Under the pieces are notes generated by a model. It saw only the letters and a list, made by a program, of their open reading frames with translations. It was not told the DNA's origin and did not search any database. Shown in pieces: positions 48,539 to 61,165 of a stretch of DNA of 64,000 nt (position 1 is the stretch's first letter; each line of letters begins with the position of its first letter). Both the position numbers and the translations under genes were made by a program. Location of the stretch: assembly GCA_963809895.1 (NCBI GenBank), contig CAWELD010000010.1, positions 416,001 to 480,000 on the forward strand, in the 5' to 3' direction. Source of the DNA: an uncultured Gemmatimonadales bacterium. Lineage in GTDB: Bacteria; Gemmatimonadota; Gemmatimonadetes; Longimicrobiales; Gaopeijiaceae.

Positions 48539-50278
48539 TCAGTTGCCGCCGCCCTCGTACACCACCTCACCGCCGAGGATCGTGTACACCACCTGCGTGT
48601 CCAGGATCTCCTCGGCGGGGACGGTCATGATGTCCCTGGACAGCACCACGGCGTCGGCCAGCTTGCCGGGCTCCAGCGAGCCCTTTTCGTCTTCCTCGAA
48701 CGCGGCGTAGGCGCCGTTCAGGGTGTAGGTCTTGAGCGCCTGATCGCGCGTGAGCGCCTCGTCCGGGTAGAAGGTGGAGTCGGTGCCCACCATCTCGCGC
48801 GTCACCGTGCAGTGGAACGAAGCCATGGGATCGATGTTCTCGACGGGGACGTCGGTTCCGTTGGTGACCACCACGCCCAGGTCCCAGAGGGTCTTCCACT
48901 TGTAGGCTCCCTCGCGTGCGCGCTGCTCACCCAGGCGCGGGGTGACGTAGGGCGCGTCGGAGCAGGCGTGGATCCCCTGCATGGAAGCGATGACCCCGAG
49001 CTCGGCGAAGCGCGGGATGTCCGTGGGATTCAGGTGCTGGGAGTGCTCGATGCGCCAGCGCAGGGTGTCGCCGTCGACGCCCTCCTCCTGGAAGACCTGC
49101 TGGTAGACGTCCAGCGTTTCGCGATTGGCCCGGTCGCCGATGGCGTGGACGGCGATCTGGTACCCGTTGCGGAGCCCGATCTCGGCGATCTCCTTGATGC
49201 GGCTCATCTGGGTGACCTCGAGGCCCGTGCTGCTGGCGTCGTCGCTGTAGGGCTCCAGCATCCAGGCGCTCCGGGAGCCCAGCGCTCCGTCGGCGGTCAC
49301 CTCGCCGATGGCGCGCACCGTGAGGTGGCCGTCGGCGTAGTCCACCATGCGGTGGGCCGCCAGCGCCTCCTCGTTGTCGGGGCGCACCTCGCCCTGGCTC
49401 ACCAGGATGTAGAGCCGGATGGGCAACACGCCTTCGTCGGCCATGGCCTTGAGGCCGTCCACGGTCCTGAGCGACGCGCCCTGGTCCTGGAAGCTGGTGA
49501 CGCCGTTGGCCAGGGCCTCCTGCGCGGCCAGTTGGACCTGCTCGCGGAAGTCGGCCTCGACCTGCTCGGGCGTGCGATCGGCCTGAGCCCGGCTGCGTGC
49601 ACGACCCACCAGCCCGCTGGCGGCGTCCACCAGGATCCCCGTGGGCCGGCCCGAGGCGTCCTTGATGATCTCACCGCCTGAAGGGCTCGGCGTGCTCGGG
49701 CCGATTCCCGCGGCCTCGAGGGCCGCGGCGTTGGCGATGGAGGCGTGGCCGCTTGCGTGGGTGAGCAGTACCGGATTGTCGGGAGCCACCTGGTTGAGCA
49801 GGTCGTTGGTCTGGAAGCCGGCCACCACGCGGCCAGGCGACTCGTCCCACTTCTCCTGGTGCCAGCCGCGGCCCAGGATCCACTCGCCGGGCTCGGCATC
49901 GGCCACCGCCGCCGCCACCATGTCGACGATCTGTTGCCAGGTGCGCGTGCCCATGAGGTCGAGCTGTGTCAGCGAGCTCCCCAGGCCCATGAAGTGGCCG
50001 TGGCTCTCGATGAGTCCCGGCACCACCAGCTTGCCCTCGAGGTCGATGACCTGCGTCGCCGATCCCACGTAGGGCGCGATGTCGTCGTTGGAGCCCACGG
50101 CCACGATGGAGTCCCCGGCCATGGCGATGGCCTGGGCCTCGGGCTGATCGGGGTTCATGGTGACGACCTTGCCGTTCTGGAGGACCAGGTCGGCCGGGGC
50201 GACGCCGGGCCCGCAGGCGGTGAGGGTGACGGCGCCCAGCAGGGCGGCGGCGAGGAGGGTCGGGGCTCGTCGCGTCAT
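48539..50278 (-). CDS. Amidohydrolase 3 (YtcJ-like) lipoprotein
   Basis: LTAC lipobox, PGLIESHGH, DGALGSRSA, HAIGDRAN, RIEHSQ, NGTD. Confidence 0.9.
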   Translation of the reverse strand: MTRRAPTLLAAALLGAVTLTACGPGVAPADLVLQNGKVVTMNPDQPEAQAIAMAGDSIVAVGSNDDIAPYVGSATQVIDLEGKLVVPGLIESHGHFMGLGSSLTQLDLMGTRTWQQIVDMVAAAVADAEPGEWILGRGWHQEKWDESPGRVVAGFQTNDLLNQVAPDNPVLLTHASGHASIANAAALEAAGIGPSTPSPSGGEIIKDASGRPTGILVDAASGLVGRARSRAQADRTPEQVEADFREQVQLAAQEALANGVTSFQDQGASLRTVDGLKAMADEGVLPIRLYILVSQGEVRPDNEEALAAHRMVDYADGHLTVRAIGEVTADGALGSRSAWMLEPYSDDASSTGLEVTQMSRIKEIAEIGLRNGYQIAVHAIGDRANRETLDVYQQVFQEEGVDGDTLRWRIEHSQHLNPTDIPRFAELGVIASMQGIHACSDAPYVTPRLGEQRAREGAYKWKTLWDLGVVVTNGTDVPVENIDPMASFHCTVTREMVGTDSTFYPDEALTRDQALKTYTLNGAYAAFEEDEKGSLEPGKLADAVVLSRDIMTVPAEEILDTQVVYTILGGEVVYEGGGN

Positions 50279-50439
50279 GGTGGTTCCTCTGGCTCGGATA
50301 TCGCGGAGATCGGTCGGACCGGTTCAAGGGGCCATGCAGAATGCGATGTCGCCGGCTCCGGGGCCAGTCCTGTTCGGGCGCCGGGAGGCGCGCGGGCCGC
50401 GCCGGGCCCGGCATCCCGTACCGACGCCAACTGGTAACT

Positions 50440-50574
50440 GGAGCCCCTGTTTTCGTCGGTTTGCCAATTCAACTCGCTGAGCGAGTCGAAATCGACATGG
50501 CAGGGATGGCGGCTCCAACACTTTACCAATCCAACTCGCTGAGCGAGTCGAATCGGTAAATCGTCGATTTCGAC
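50440..50574. repeat. Two direct copies of a palindromic unit (core ACTCGCT-G-AGCGAGT) inside nested inverted repeats
   Basis: CCAATTCAACTCGCTGAGCGAGTCGAA (50464) and CCAATCCAACTCGCTGAGCGAGTCGAA (50526); period 62 bp. Confidence 0.8.
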
Positions 50575-50643
50575 CCCTCCAGTGGAACCGTAGCGACGTC
50601 CGAGGTTCGACGTTGGCGACGCTCGAGGGTTGGGGCCGGCGCT

Positions 50644-50725
50644 GGCGACGCTCGACGACGGCAGCGGCAATGTTCGACGGCGGCGACTACGCCGGCGCCG
50701 GCGACGCTCGACGATGGCAGCGGCA
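50644..50725. repeat. 26-bp direct repeat GGCGACGCTCGACGAYGGCAGCGGCA x2
   Basis: Copies at 50644 and 50700; partial third copy (GGCGACGCTCGA) at 50615. Confidence 0.75.
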
Positions 50726-50858
50726 TCGGCGCGGCAACGTCGCCAACCCCCGACCCGGACGTCGCCGGCTCCGTCCGCCTGGCGCCGCGCCGATTGCGGG
50801 CGCCACCCGACGCTGCGGTGGTGCGCGCCGGCCAGCCCCCCGAGGGGCGCCCTACCGA

Positions 50859-50893
50859 CAACCCCCGGGGGCCGAATCGACCCCCGGGGGTTG
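50859..50893. terminator. 13-bp perfect stem-loop (possible terminator or REP-like element)
   Basis: CAACCCCCGGGGG-CCGAATCGA-CCCCCGGGGGTTG. Confidence 0.45.
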
Positions 50894-51057
50894 CTCACCT
50901 CACAGGCGGTGCGCGACCTCCGTCGGGCGCCCCGCCGGGCCGAAAGACCCTGGGAGCCGGGCGCGCCCACCGGGTCAGGAGCCCCAGCCGGGCGCCCGCC
51001 CAGCCGGCAGCCCGAGCGCCCGAACGGTCCGGCGCCCGGCCTGCCGGCCCCGAAACC

Positions 51058-52413
51058 CTACTGGCTGATGGGCTTCTTCACCGGGCCTGTGTCCCACTTC
51101 TGCGCCGACGAGATGTCCGGATAGCCCCAATCCTCGCCGTTCCAGCCCTGGAAGCCGTCCATGCGGAAGGTCCAGAAGCCGGTGGACATGTCGCTGATGA
51201 CGATGAGGCCGTCCTCGTTGCGGACGTCGATGCCGAAGGCGCCGTTGAACTGGGAGTAACGGTCCGTGTTGGGCGGGCCGATGTAGGTGTCGTAGTAGCC
51301 CACGGGCACCGGGTTGGCCGGGTCCTGCAGGTTGAAGATCTGCAGGCCGTCGAGATAGCCGGACACGAACACGTAGGGCCAGCGCACCTCGTGGTTGTGC
51401 ACCAGGTGGGTCCAGTCGGCGGTGAAGGCCGACACGGGGTTGTTGATGTTCTGGCGCTCGCCGTCCAGCGCGGGCTGCAGGTCGAAGATCCTGAGCGGCG
51501 CGTACTGGTATTCGGTCTCGGCCACCACGTAGCGCCCGTCGGGGCTGGGCGTGAAGGTATGGCCGTACGACACGCCGCTGATGCCCGTAAGCGTGATGCG
51601 GAGCTGCGGGTTCTGCAGGTCGGTGATGTCGTAGATGTAGTAGCCGCCGGTGCCGCCGCCGTAGAAGCGGTCCTCACCGCTGTCGGGGTGATAACCGACG
51701 TAGAAGTCGTGATACCCACGGCCACGGCCGCTGCCCAACGCGCCCTCGGGCACGGGCACCCGCGCCACGCGGGCGTTCTCCACGTCGCCGTTCACGACCA
51801 TGCCCAGATCGTAGACGTTGGCGTAGGGGCCGCTCACGGTGGTGAAGAGGTAGACCCCGCCGTTGGAGTGCTTGTAGATGAAGATGTTGTGGAAGCCGCC
51901 GGGCGTCTCCGGCTCGCGGATGCGCGCCACTTCCTTGACCGTGGAGGCGTCGGGAAGGCCGGTCACGTCCAGGATGACCGCGCCCAGATCGTTGTCGGGG
52001 CCGCCGGCGCCGAACTGGAGCGACTGCACCACGTAGTAGCGGTCGCCGATCTTGAAGTGCTTCACGTCCATGCCGCCGGTGCGCTGGTGCAGGTCCTGGT
52101 TCTCGATGCGCCAGCGGTAGAGCACCTGGGGATGCTCCGGATCGGCGATGCTGATGATGTCGGTGCCCTTGGGGCCCTCGTCGCCGTACACCATGCGAGC
52201 GACGTACGCGTAGGGGCGGTCCATCTCCTGCTCCACGTCGATGTCGGCCACCGACAGGCGCGGGCCCAGGGGGACGTGGCCCAGCACCTCGATGTTGTCG
52301 CTCCCCCGCTTCAGGGGAGTCCACGGGGTGGTCTGGGCGGAGGCGGCAAGGGGGATGCTGAGCGCCGCGATTGCGGCGGCCATCAGCACAGGACGGACGC
52401 GGTTCACCGGCAT
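51058..52413 (-). CDS. Secreted LVIVD-repeat-like beta-propeller protein
   Basis: Signal peptide; repeated (I/V)xD(V/I)TxxxxP strands; GFHNIF, GYHDFY, YGHTF, VHNHEV; GLIVISDMSTG. Confidence 0.75.
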   Translation of the reverse strand: MPVNRVRPVLMAAAIAALSIPLAASAQTTPWTPLKRGSDNIEVLGHVPLGPRLSVADIDVEQEMDRPYAYVARMVYGDEGPKGTDIISIADPEHPQVLYRWRIENQDLHQRTGGMDVKHFKIGDRYYVVQSLQFGAGGPDNDLGAVILDVTGLPDASTVKEVARIREPETPGGFHNIFIYKHSNGGVYLFTTVSGPYANVYDLGMVVNGDVENARVARVPVPEGALGSGRGRGYHDFYVGYHPDSGEDRFYGGGTGGYYIYDITDLQNPQLRITLTGISGVSYGHTFTPSPDGRYVVAETEYQYAPLRIFDLQPALDGERQNINNPVSAFTADWTHLVHNHEVRWPYVFVSGYLDGLQIFNLQDPANPVPVGYYDTYIGPPNTDRYSQFNGAFGIDVRNEDGLIVISDMSTGFWTFRMDGFQGWNGEDWGYPDISSAQKWDTGPVKKPISQ

Positions 52414-52640
52414 GGGGCAACAACCTGGTGGGGAGGGGACCGAAGACGAACGGCACATAGTGGGCCGCGGCGGAGGGTTCCGGCAAGTTCTTTCGCCGAA
52501 TCCCCCCACCGCGGCCCGTAACCGCATGTCAGCAACGCAACTCGCGCGCCGCGAACCCTTCGCGCCGTCCACGCCCCCGCTCGACGCGCTTCGCCTACGC
52601 GCCGAGCGTCATCCCTCGCGGGGCGAGCCCACCGGAACCG

Positions 52641-55589
<2,949 letters not shown>

Positions 55590-55695
55590 GACGAGCTTCC
55601 TGCCGGGGTGAATCGGGGCGGTGGGGGCGATCGGAATACGGTCTACCCTCGGTAACGGGGACGCGCAAGGGAGCCGGAGTGCTGACGCGGGGACC

Positions 55696-56286
55696 CTACC
55701 GGAACAGACGCTCCCCCACGGCACAGGCCTCCACGAGCTTGTTCAATCGCCGCCGCCGGGTCTCCTCGCGCTTGGCCTGCATGACCCAGTGGATGACCAT
55801 TCTCCGGTAGCCCGGGGGTTGGTCCTCGAAGAACGTCCACGCCTCTTTTCGGGCGCGGAACGACTCCACGTACGCGTCGTCCAGGACCGCGTCCTTGCGG
55901 CGCTCGAAGGAGTAGGGCTCGTGCTTGTCCGGGTCGAAGCGGCGAAAGGCCTGGCGTCCGGGCTCGGCGATGCGGCCTTCGGCGGTCAGGGCCTCGTAGC
56001 GCCTCACGTTCACCAGGCTCCACTTGCTGGTCTCGGTGCGGGGCGTGAAGCGGATCGTGTAGCGCTCCTCGTCCAGCTTCTTGCGGATGCCGTCGATCCA
56101 GCCGAAGCAGAGCGCCTCGTCCCGGGCGGTGGGGTAGTCGATGCCGCCCTTGCCCGTGCTCTTCTTCCAGAAGGCGAGCCACAGCTCCACGGACTCCCCG
56201 TGGTGTTCTTCGAGCCAGCGCCGGAACTGGCCGCCGGTGCGGAAGTGCCGGGGATTCTCGTGAGCGTCGCCGCGCATGGCGCTCAC
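55696..56286 (-). CDS. YdeI/OmpD-associated family protein
   Basis: FRRWLEEHH, DEALCFGWIDG, RFTPR..SKWS..N, AKREETRRRRL; start GTG 56286 or ATG 56277. Confidence 0.88.
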   Translation of the reverse strand: MSAMRGDAHENPRHFRTGGQFRRWLEEHHGESVELWLAFWKKSTGKGGIDYPTARDEALCFGWIDGIRKKLDEERYTIRFTPRTETSKWSLVNVRRYEALTAEGRIAEPGRQAFRRFDPDKHEPYSFERRKDAVLDDAYVESFRARKEAWTFFEDQPPGYRRMVIHWVMQAKREETRRRRLNKLVEACAVGERLFR

Positions 56287-57545
56287 CCGGTGGGCGAGCC
56301 TTCCAGGAGTCCCTCGAACGACACCTCGCGGGCCCCGTTCTCGTCGCACACGGCGAAGGTCTTCTCGCCGGTGCCCCACAGCGCGACGCCGGCCCAATCC
56401 CCCTGCTTGCTGAGGATGAAGAAGCGCACGTCGAACGAGGGGAGGCCGTCGCCGTTCAGGAGGCGGGCTTCGATGGTGTTGTCGCGGATGCGGCGCAGCG
56501 TGGCCATGCCCGCGTCCTTGGGGCTCATCCCCTGACGCATGTGCTCCACGATGAGAAAGGAGGACAGGTTGTAGAGGTTGGCCTCGCCGCGACCGGTGGA
56601 GCCGGCGGCGCCGACGTCGTTGTCCACGTAGAGCCCGGCGCCCAGGATGGGCGAGTCGCCGACGCGGCCCGGGATCTTCCAGGCGAGTCCGCTGGTGGTG
56701 GTGACGCCGCAGATGTCGCCGTCGGGACTCACGGCGTCGCAGTTGATGGTGCCCCAGAAGGAGCGCTCGGGGATCAGTCCCTCTCGCACCATGTCGAGTC
56801 CAGCCTGGTACCAGGCGTCGGCGCGGGCGCGGAGCTGGCTCGGGGTGAGGGATGCCGTCTCGGGCTCGCCTTGGTCGCCGCCGCCCCCGCCTGCGCGCCG
56901 GATCAGATCGGGATCGGTCTCGCCACCCCGACCGCCCATGCCCTGCAGCCGCTCGCGGGGGTCCAGCCAGTGGCCGGGGTCGACCCGCCGCTTCCACTCC
57001 AACCAGAGTTGCCGGGATTTCTCGGTGTTGAGGTCGTCCTCGATCTCGAAGCCCAGGTCACGGGCGAACTGACGGGCGCCGGCGCCGGCCAGGAGATGGT
57101 GGTCCGTGAGCTCGGCCACGGCGCGGGCCACCTTCGAGGGCGTGCGCACGCCTTCGATGGCCGCCACGCCGCCGGCCCACTTGCGGGGCCCGTGCATGCA
57201 GCACGAATCGAGCTGCACCACTCCGTCGGCGTTGGGGAGTCCCCCGTAGCCGATCCCCGATTCTTCGGGATCCAGCTCGGGGATGTTGACGCCGGCGATG
57301 AGCGCATCCAGGACGTCCTCGCCCGAGGTGATGCCCCGGAAGGCCCGCTCCACGGCATTCTCGGGCCCACCGTTGCGGAATTCGATTCCGCTGAGGTCGG
57401 AGATCACTACCGGCCGTACCGCCCGGCGCACCAGCATCTCCGGGCTCCGGTGCTCGTTCAGGGCCGCGGCCAGGCTCGAGGGGCCAGCGGCGAGGGCGCC
57501 GGCGGCACCGGCCGCTCCGGTCTTCACGAAGTCGCGTCGCTTCAT
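56283..57545 (-). CDS. Tat-exported N(4)-(beta-N-acetylglucosaminyl)-L-asparaginase / isoaspartyl peptidase (Ntn hydrolase)
   Basis: MKRRDFVK Tat motif; GYGGLPN, WG-TINC nucleophile Thr, TTTSG, PGRVGDSP, STGRGE. Confidence 0.9.
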   Translation of the reverse strand: MKRRDFVKTGAAGAAGALAAGPSSLAAALNEHRSPEMLVRRAVRPVVISDLSGIEFRNGGPENAVERAFRGITSGEDVLDALIAGVNIPELDPEESGIGYGGLPNADGVVQLDSCCMHGPRKWAGGVAAIEGVRTPSKVARAVAELTDHHLLAGAGARQFARDLGFEIEDDLNTEKSRQLWLEWKRRVDPGHWLDPRERLQGMGGRGGETDPDLIRRAGGGGGDQGEPETASLTPSQLRARADAWYQAGLDMVREGLIPERSFWGTINCDAVSPDGDICGVTTTSGLAWKIPGRVGDSPILGAGLYVDNDVGAAGSTGRGEANLYNLSSFLIVEHMRQGMSPKDAGMATLRRIRDNTIEARLLNGDGLPSFDVRFFILSKQGDWAGVALWGTGEKTFAVCDENGAREVSFEGLLEGSPTG

Positions 57546-57669
57546 GGGTCGCGTGGGTTGGGGAACGAGACGCCTCGGAAGGCGACGGCGCCCCGGCCCA
57601 TCGAGCTTGCGAGTCGGCGAGTGGCGAGGCAAGCGCGGGCGGTGGAATGCGTCATGCAACGAAGAGTGT

Positions 57670-58843
57670 GTGGAGCGGGAGTCCACCCACCACGAGGAGA
57701 CGACGATTGCGACGCTGTGGCATCGGCTGACCCGTGTGCTCCGCGCCGTGTACCGCGGATTTCGGGGGATTCTGCGCGTCGTGACCCGGCCCGTGCGGCG
57801 CCACCGGGGGCTGGAAGGCGTGGTGGTCCAGCCCTATCGGGGCTACGGCACCCGCGACGAGGTGCACCTCATGGGGCGGGTTTTCCACCAGCCACGCTTC
57901 GGGCAGGGGCTGCCCGCGGGCAGCCTGCGCCGGCAACTGGCAGACGCCCTTCGGCGCTTCGTGCGCTGGGGGCTCGGGGGCGCGCAGGTGACCGCCCGGC
58001 TCGCCGGCGGCACCGCCCGGGTGCAGACCGATCGCGACGGCTACTTCCATCTCGATCTGGCGCCCGACGACGTGCCGGAGCGGGACCGGCTCTGGCACGA
58101 GGTGGAGTTGGAGGTGGCGGCCGAGGGAACCCGGGTACGCGATGCCGGCGAGGTGTTCATCCCTCCGGCCAGCGCCCGCTTCGTGGTCATCAGCGACATC
58201 GACGACACGGTCATGGAGACGGGCGTGGCCAACCGCCTGAAGATGATGTGGCGCCTCTTCGTGCAGGGCGCCGAGAGCCGGGTGGCGTTCGCCGGGGTCG
58301 GAGCGTTGTACCGGGGATTCCATCGCGGGCGTGGGGGCGGCGGAGGAGAACCCCATGCTCTACGTGTCCCGGGCGCCGTGGAGCATCTACGAGGTGCTGG
58401 CGCGCTTCTTCCAGCTCCACCGCATCCCCGTGGGTCCCATCCTCTTTCTCCGGGAGTGGGGACTCACGCTGCAGCGGCCGTGGCCCCGGCGAGCGATCGA
58501 TCACAAGCGGGATCTGATCCGGGGGATGTTGGACCGGTACGAGGGCCTGCCGTTCATCCTGGTGGGGGACAGCGGCCAGCACGATCCCGAGATCTACGCG
58601 CGCATCGTGGAGGAGAACCCCGGGCGCGTGCTGGCGGTCTACATCCGCGACGTGGATCCGGCCGAGGCACGACGCGACGAGGTTCGCCGCCTGGCCCGGC
58701 GGCTCGAGGAGGCCGGCAGTCCCCTCATCCTGGCCGCCGACAGCGCCGCCATGGCCGAGCACGCGGCGCGCGAGGGCTACATCGACGCGGAGGCGCTGGG
58801 GGAGGTGGTGGGGGGCGGGGTGGACGCCCTCACCCGCTCCTGA
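57670..58843 (+). pseudogene. App1/DUF2183 phosphatidate phosphatase family protein with one apparent +1 frameshift near 58328 (start uncertain)
   Basis: Frame 1: QPYRGYG, VISDIDDTV, FAGVGALYRGFH. Next frame: NPMLYVSRAPW, GPILFLR, FILVGDSGQHDPEIY. Removing one G restores a single ORF. Confidence 0.75.
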
Positions 58844-61163
58844 TGACGACCCGGTGCCGGCCTGCCGTCAGCGAGACGTCCGGTCGGGTCACCTCGGTCC
58901 GGCGGCCGTCCACCAGGGTCCCGAACGAATCCCCGGCCAGCGCGACCCTGAGGCGTGCGGGGCGCTCGAGGTGCACGTCGGCCGAGACCCCGTCTGCGGT
59001 GAGCTCCAGGTGGCGCAGCACGGCCGGGGCGTCGAGGCTCAGCGTCGGCAAGCCGTCGGCCCGCACGTCGAGGCCGTCCTGGGATGTCGCGACCGACCAG
59101 CTTCGGCCACGGAGCACGAGGCGCTCGATGGAGAGCGGGCCGTTCGGGCGGAGGCTGCCCACGCGCAGGCCGTCCCAGGGCGTGACGTCGGCCAGCTCTT
59201 CGAGCGCCAGCAGTCCCAGCAGCGGCCCCCAGCTCTGATGCCGCCGGCCGCCGCCCTCGCCCGTGCGGCTGTCGAAGTTCTCGCGGGCCAGCCCGGTGCG
59301 CTGCCAGGCCGTGAGGAAGAGCTCGGCGCTCGTGCGAGCCAGGTCGGCGGCCTGGGCGTCGAAGCCGTAGCGCTTGAGGCCCTGGTAGACGAGGTAGTTG
59401 ATCGGAGGCCAGATCGTGCCCCGCCAGTACTGTTGCTCGGCAAAGTGCGGGTCGTCGCGGCTGACGGTGGGGATGAGCCAGCGGCCGCCGAAGAGCTCGG
59501 GGTCCTCGAGGTGCTCGACCACGCGCGCCGCCCGGTCCCCGTCGGGGATCCCTGCGGCCAGCGCCAGGAAGTGCGAGGCGGCGCGGCACCGCGCCCATTC
59601 GCCGTCGGCCAGGCGGTCGCGGTAGCTGCCGGAGTCCGGGTCCCACAGCACCTCGTTCACCCGGGCGCGCAGGACCTCGGCGCGGTGGCGATGCGCGGAG
59701 GCGGCGGCTGCCGTCGCCCAGGAGCTCGGCCATGCGCGCCAGGCACTCCTCGTCCAGCACCCGGTAGGCATTGAGGTCCACGGGCGTGAGGTCCAGGACG
59801 CCGGCGTCGCGGTCGAAGGCGGCCTCGTCCCAGGTGGGCAGGTCGTCCTGGCCCGACTCCCAGGCAGCGAGCTGACGGGGGGTGGCGTCGCGCTCCCAGG
59901 GCGGCGCGTGGGGATCCACGAGGTCGAGGTCGGCCCCCCAGGAGAAGAGGCCGTCGCGGAGGGCGGCCCGCCGCGGACGGCCACGGGCGGTGGGGGCGCT
60001 CCACCAGGCGGCCCAGCGAGCCAGCCCGGGATACGCCGCCTCCAGGATGCGGCGGTCGCCGGTGCGCAGGTGGAGCTTGAGTGCGGCCAGGCTCCCCACC
60101 GGAGGCTGCGAGCGGTCCGGCGTGCCGCCGAAGCGGCCGCGCCAGTTGGGGACGCAGCCGTTGTCGTAGGCGGTGGCCAGGCCCGCTTCCAGCGCGGCCC
60201 GGGCGAGGTCGGGGCTCTCCAGCCCCAACTCCAGGGCATTGAAGTAGCTGTCCCAGCCGAACAGGGTCCAGTGGTCGCGGCCGCCGCCCCGCTCCGGCGC
60301 TCGCGGAAAGACCCAGCTCCGGCCCGCGGGGGAATAGAGGCGGCCGCTCTCGGGCTGCACCAGGACCAGCGCGTGCAGCGTGTCCGCCACCGCCGACGAC
60401 AGGCCTTCCCAGGCGCCGCCGCTCTCAGGGCGGGAGGCCTCGTAGGCGGCGCGGGCGCTGGCGAGGCGGGCGGCGATGGAAGAGAGGACGCGCGTCGGGC
60501 GATGCACCGGCAGGCGCCGCGGAGCGCTGCCGCGAATCGCCACCCTCGATCGCCGCGCCGGCAGTCCGAGGCCCGCCGGCGAGTCCCCGGGCCGCGTCCA
60601 TGGCCGAACCGGCCACCCGGTCCAGGGCCGCCGCCAACTCCACCGTCACGGCGCCGTCCCAGACGAGCTCGTCGCCGTCGCTCGGCTGGGTAACGACGCG
60701 CCCCGGGCGGCTCACCACCACGGCGGCGTGCCATCCCCCCTCGGTACGTCCTCGAAGCTCGTGGCCCGAAACCTCCCAGGCGCCCTGCCAGTCCCAGGGC
60801 AGATAGGGGCGCATCACCAGCGCGCCCGGCCCCGCGAAGGTGATGCGGGCCACCACGCCCCGGTCGCCGGCCCGGGCCCACTCCACGATCAGGCCGGACG
60901 GACGGCCCGCGCGGTCCGGGGTGGGCGTGGACTCGCCCTGGCCCCACGGCAGCTCCAGGTCGAAGCCCACCCGGGCGTAGCGGCCGTCGGGCGCCCACGG
61001 CCCCACGTCGTGGGCCAGGGCGTAGAGGTCGGCGCCGTCGGCCTCCTCGTCGACCCCGCCGCACGGCGAAGCGGAAGGCCAGGCCCTGGTCCGGCCCCGG
61101 GCACAGCACCAGCCCGGCCCAGGCGTGCCCGTCCAGGGCGCCGATGTGCACCGCGTCGGGCAC
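58830..61163 (-). pseudogene. MGH1/GH63-like (trehalase-like) six-hairpin glycoside hydrolase split by three apparent +1 frameshifts
   Basis: FGWDSYFNA, DRSQPP, WESGQDD, PVDLNAY and YWRGTIWPPINY are spread over three frames; switches near 61051, 60500 and 59712. Confidence 0.75.
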
Positions 61164-61165
61164 GG

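Noticed and set aside
50461..50556. Possible mini-CRISPR (two palindromic repeats about 34 bp long with a roughly 28-bp spacer)
   Set aside because: Only two imperfect copies, no cas genes in the window, and the surrounding nested inverted repeats fit a REP-like or operator element better
50275..51124. Protein-coding ORFs in the amidohydrolase-LVIVD gap
   Set aside because: Low-complexity translations, no convincing RBS or motifs, and the region is dominated by repeats and hairpins
58777..61163. Three overlapping separate genes, or programmed ribosomal frameshifting
   Set aside because: The segments join into one glycosidase, and I saw no slippery heptamers at the switches; indel error is more parsimonious
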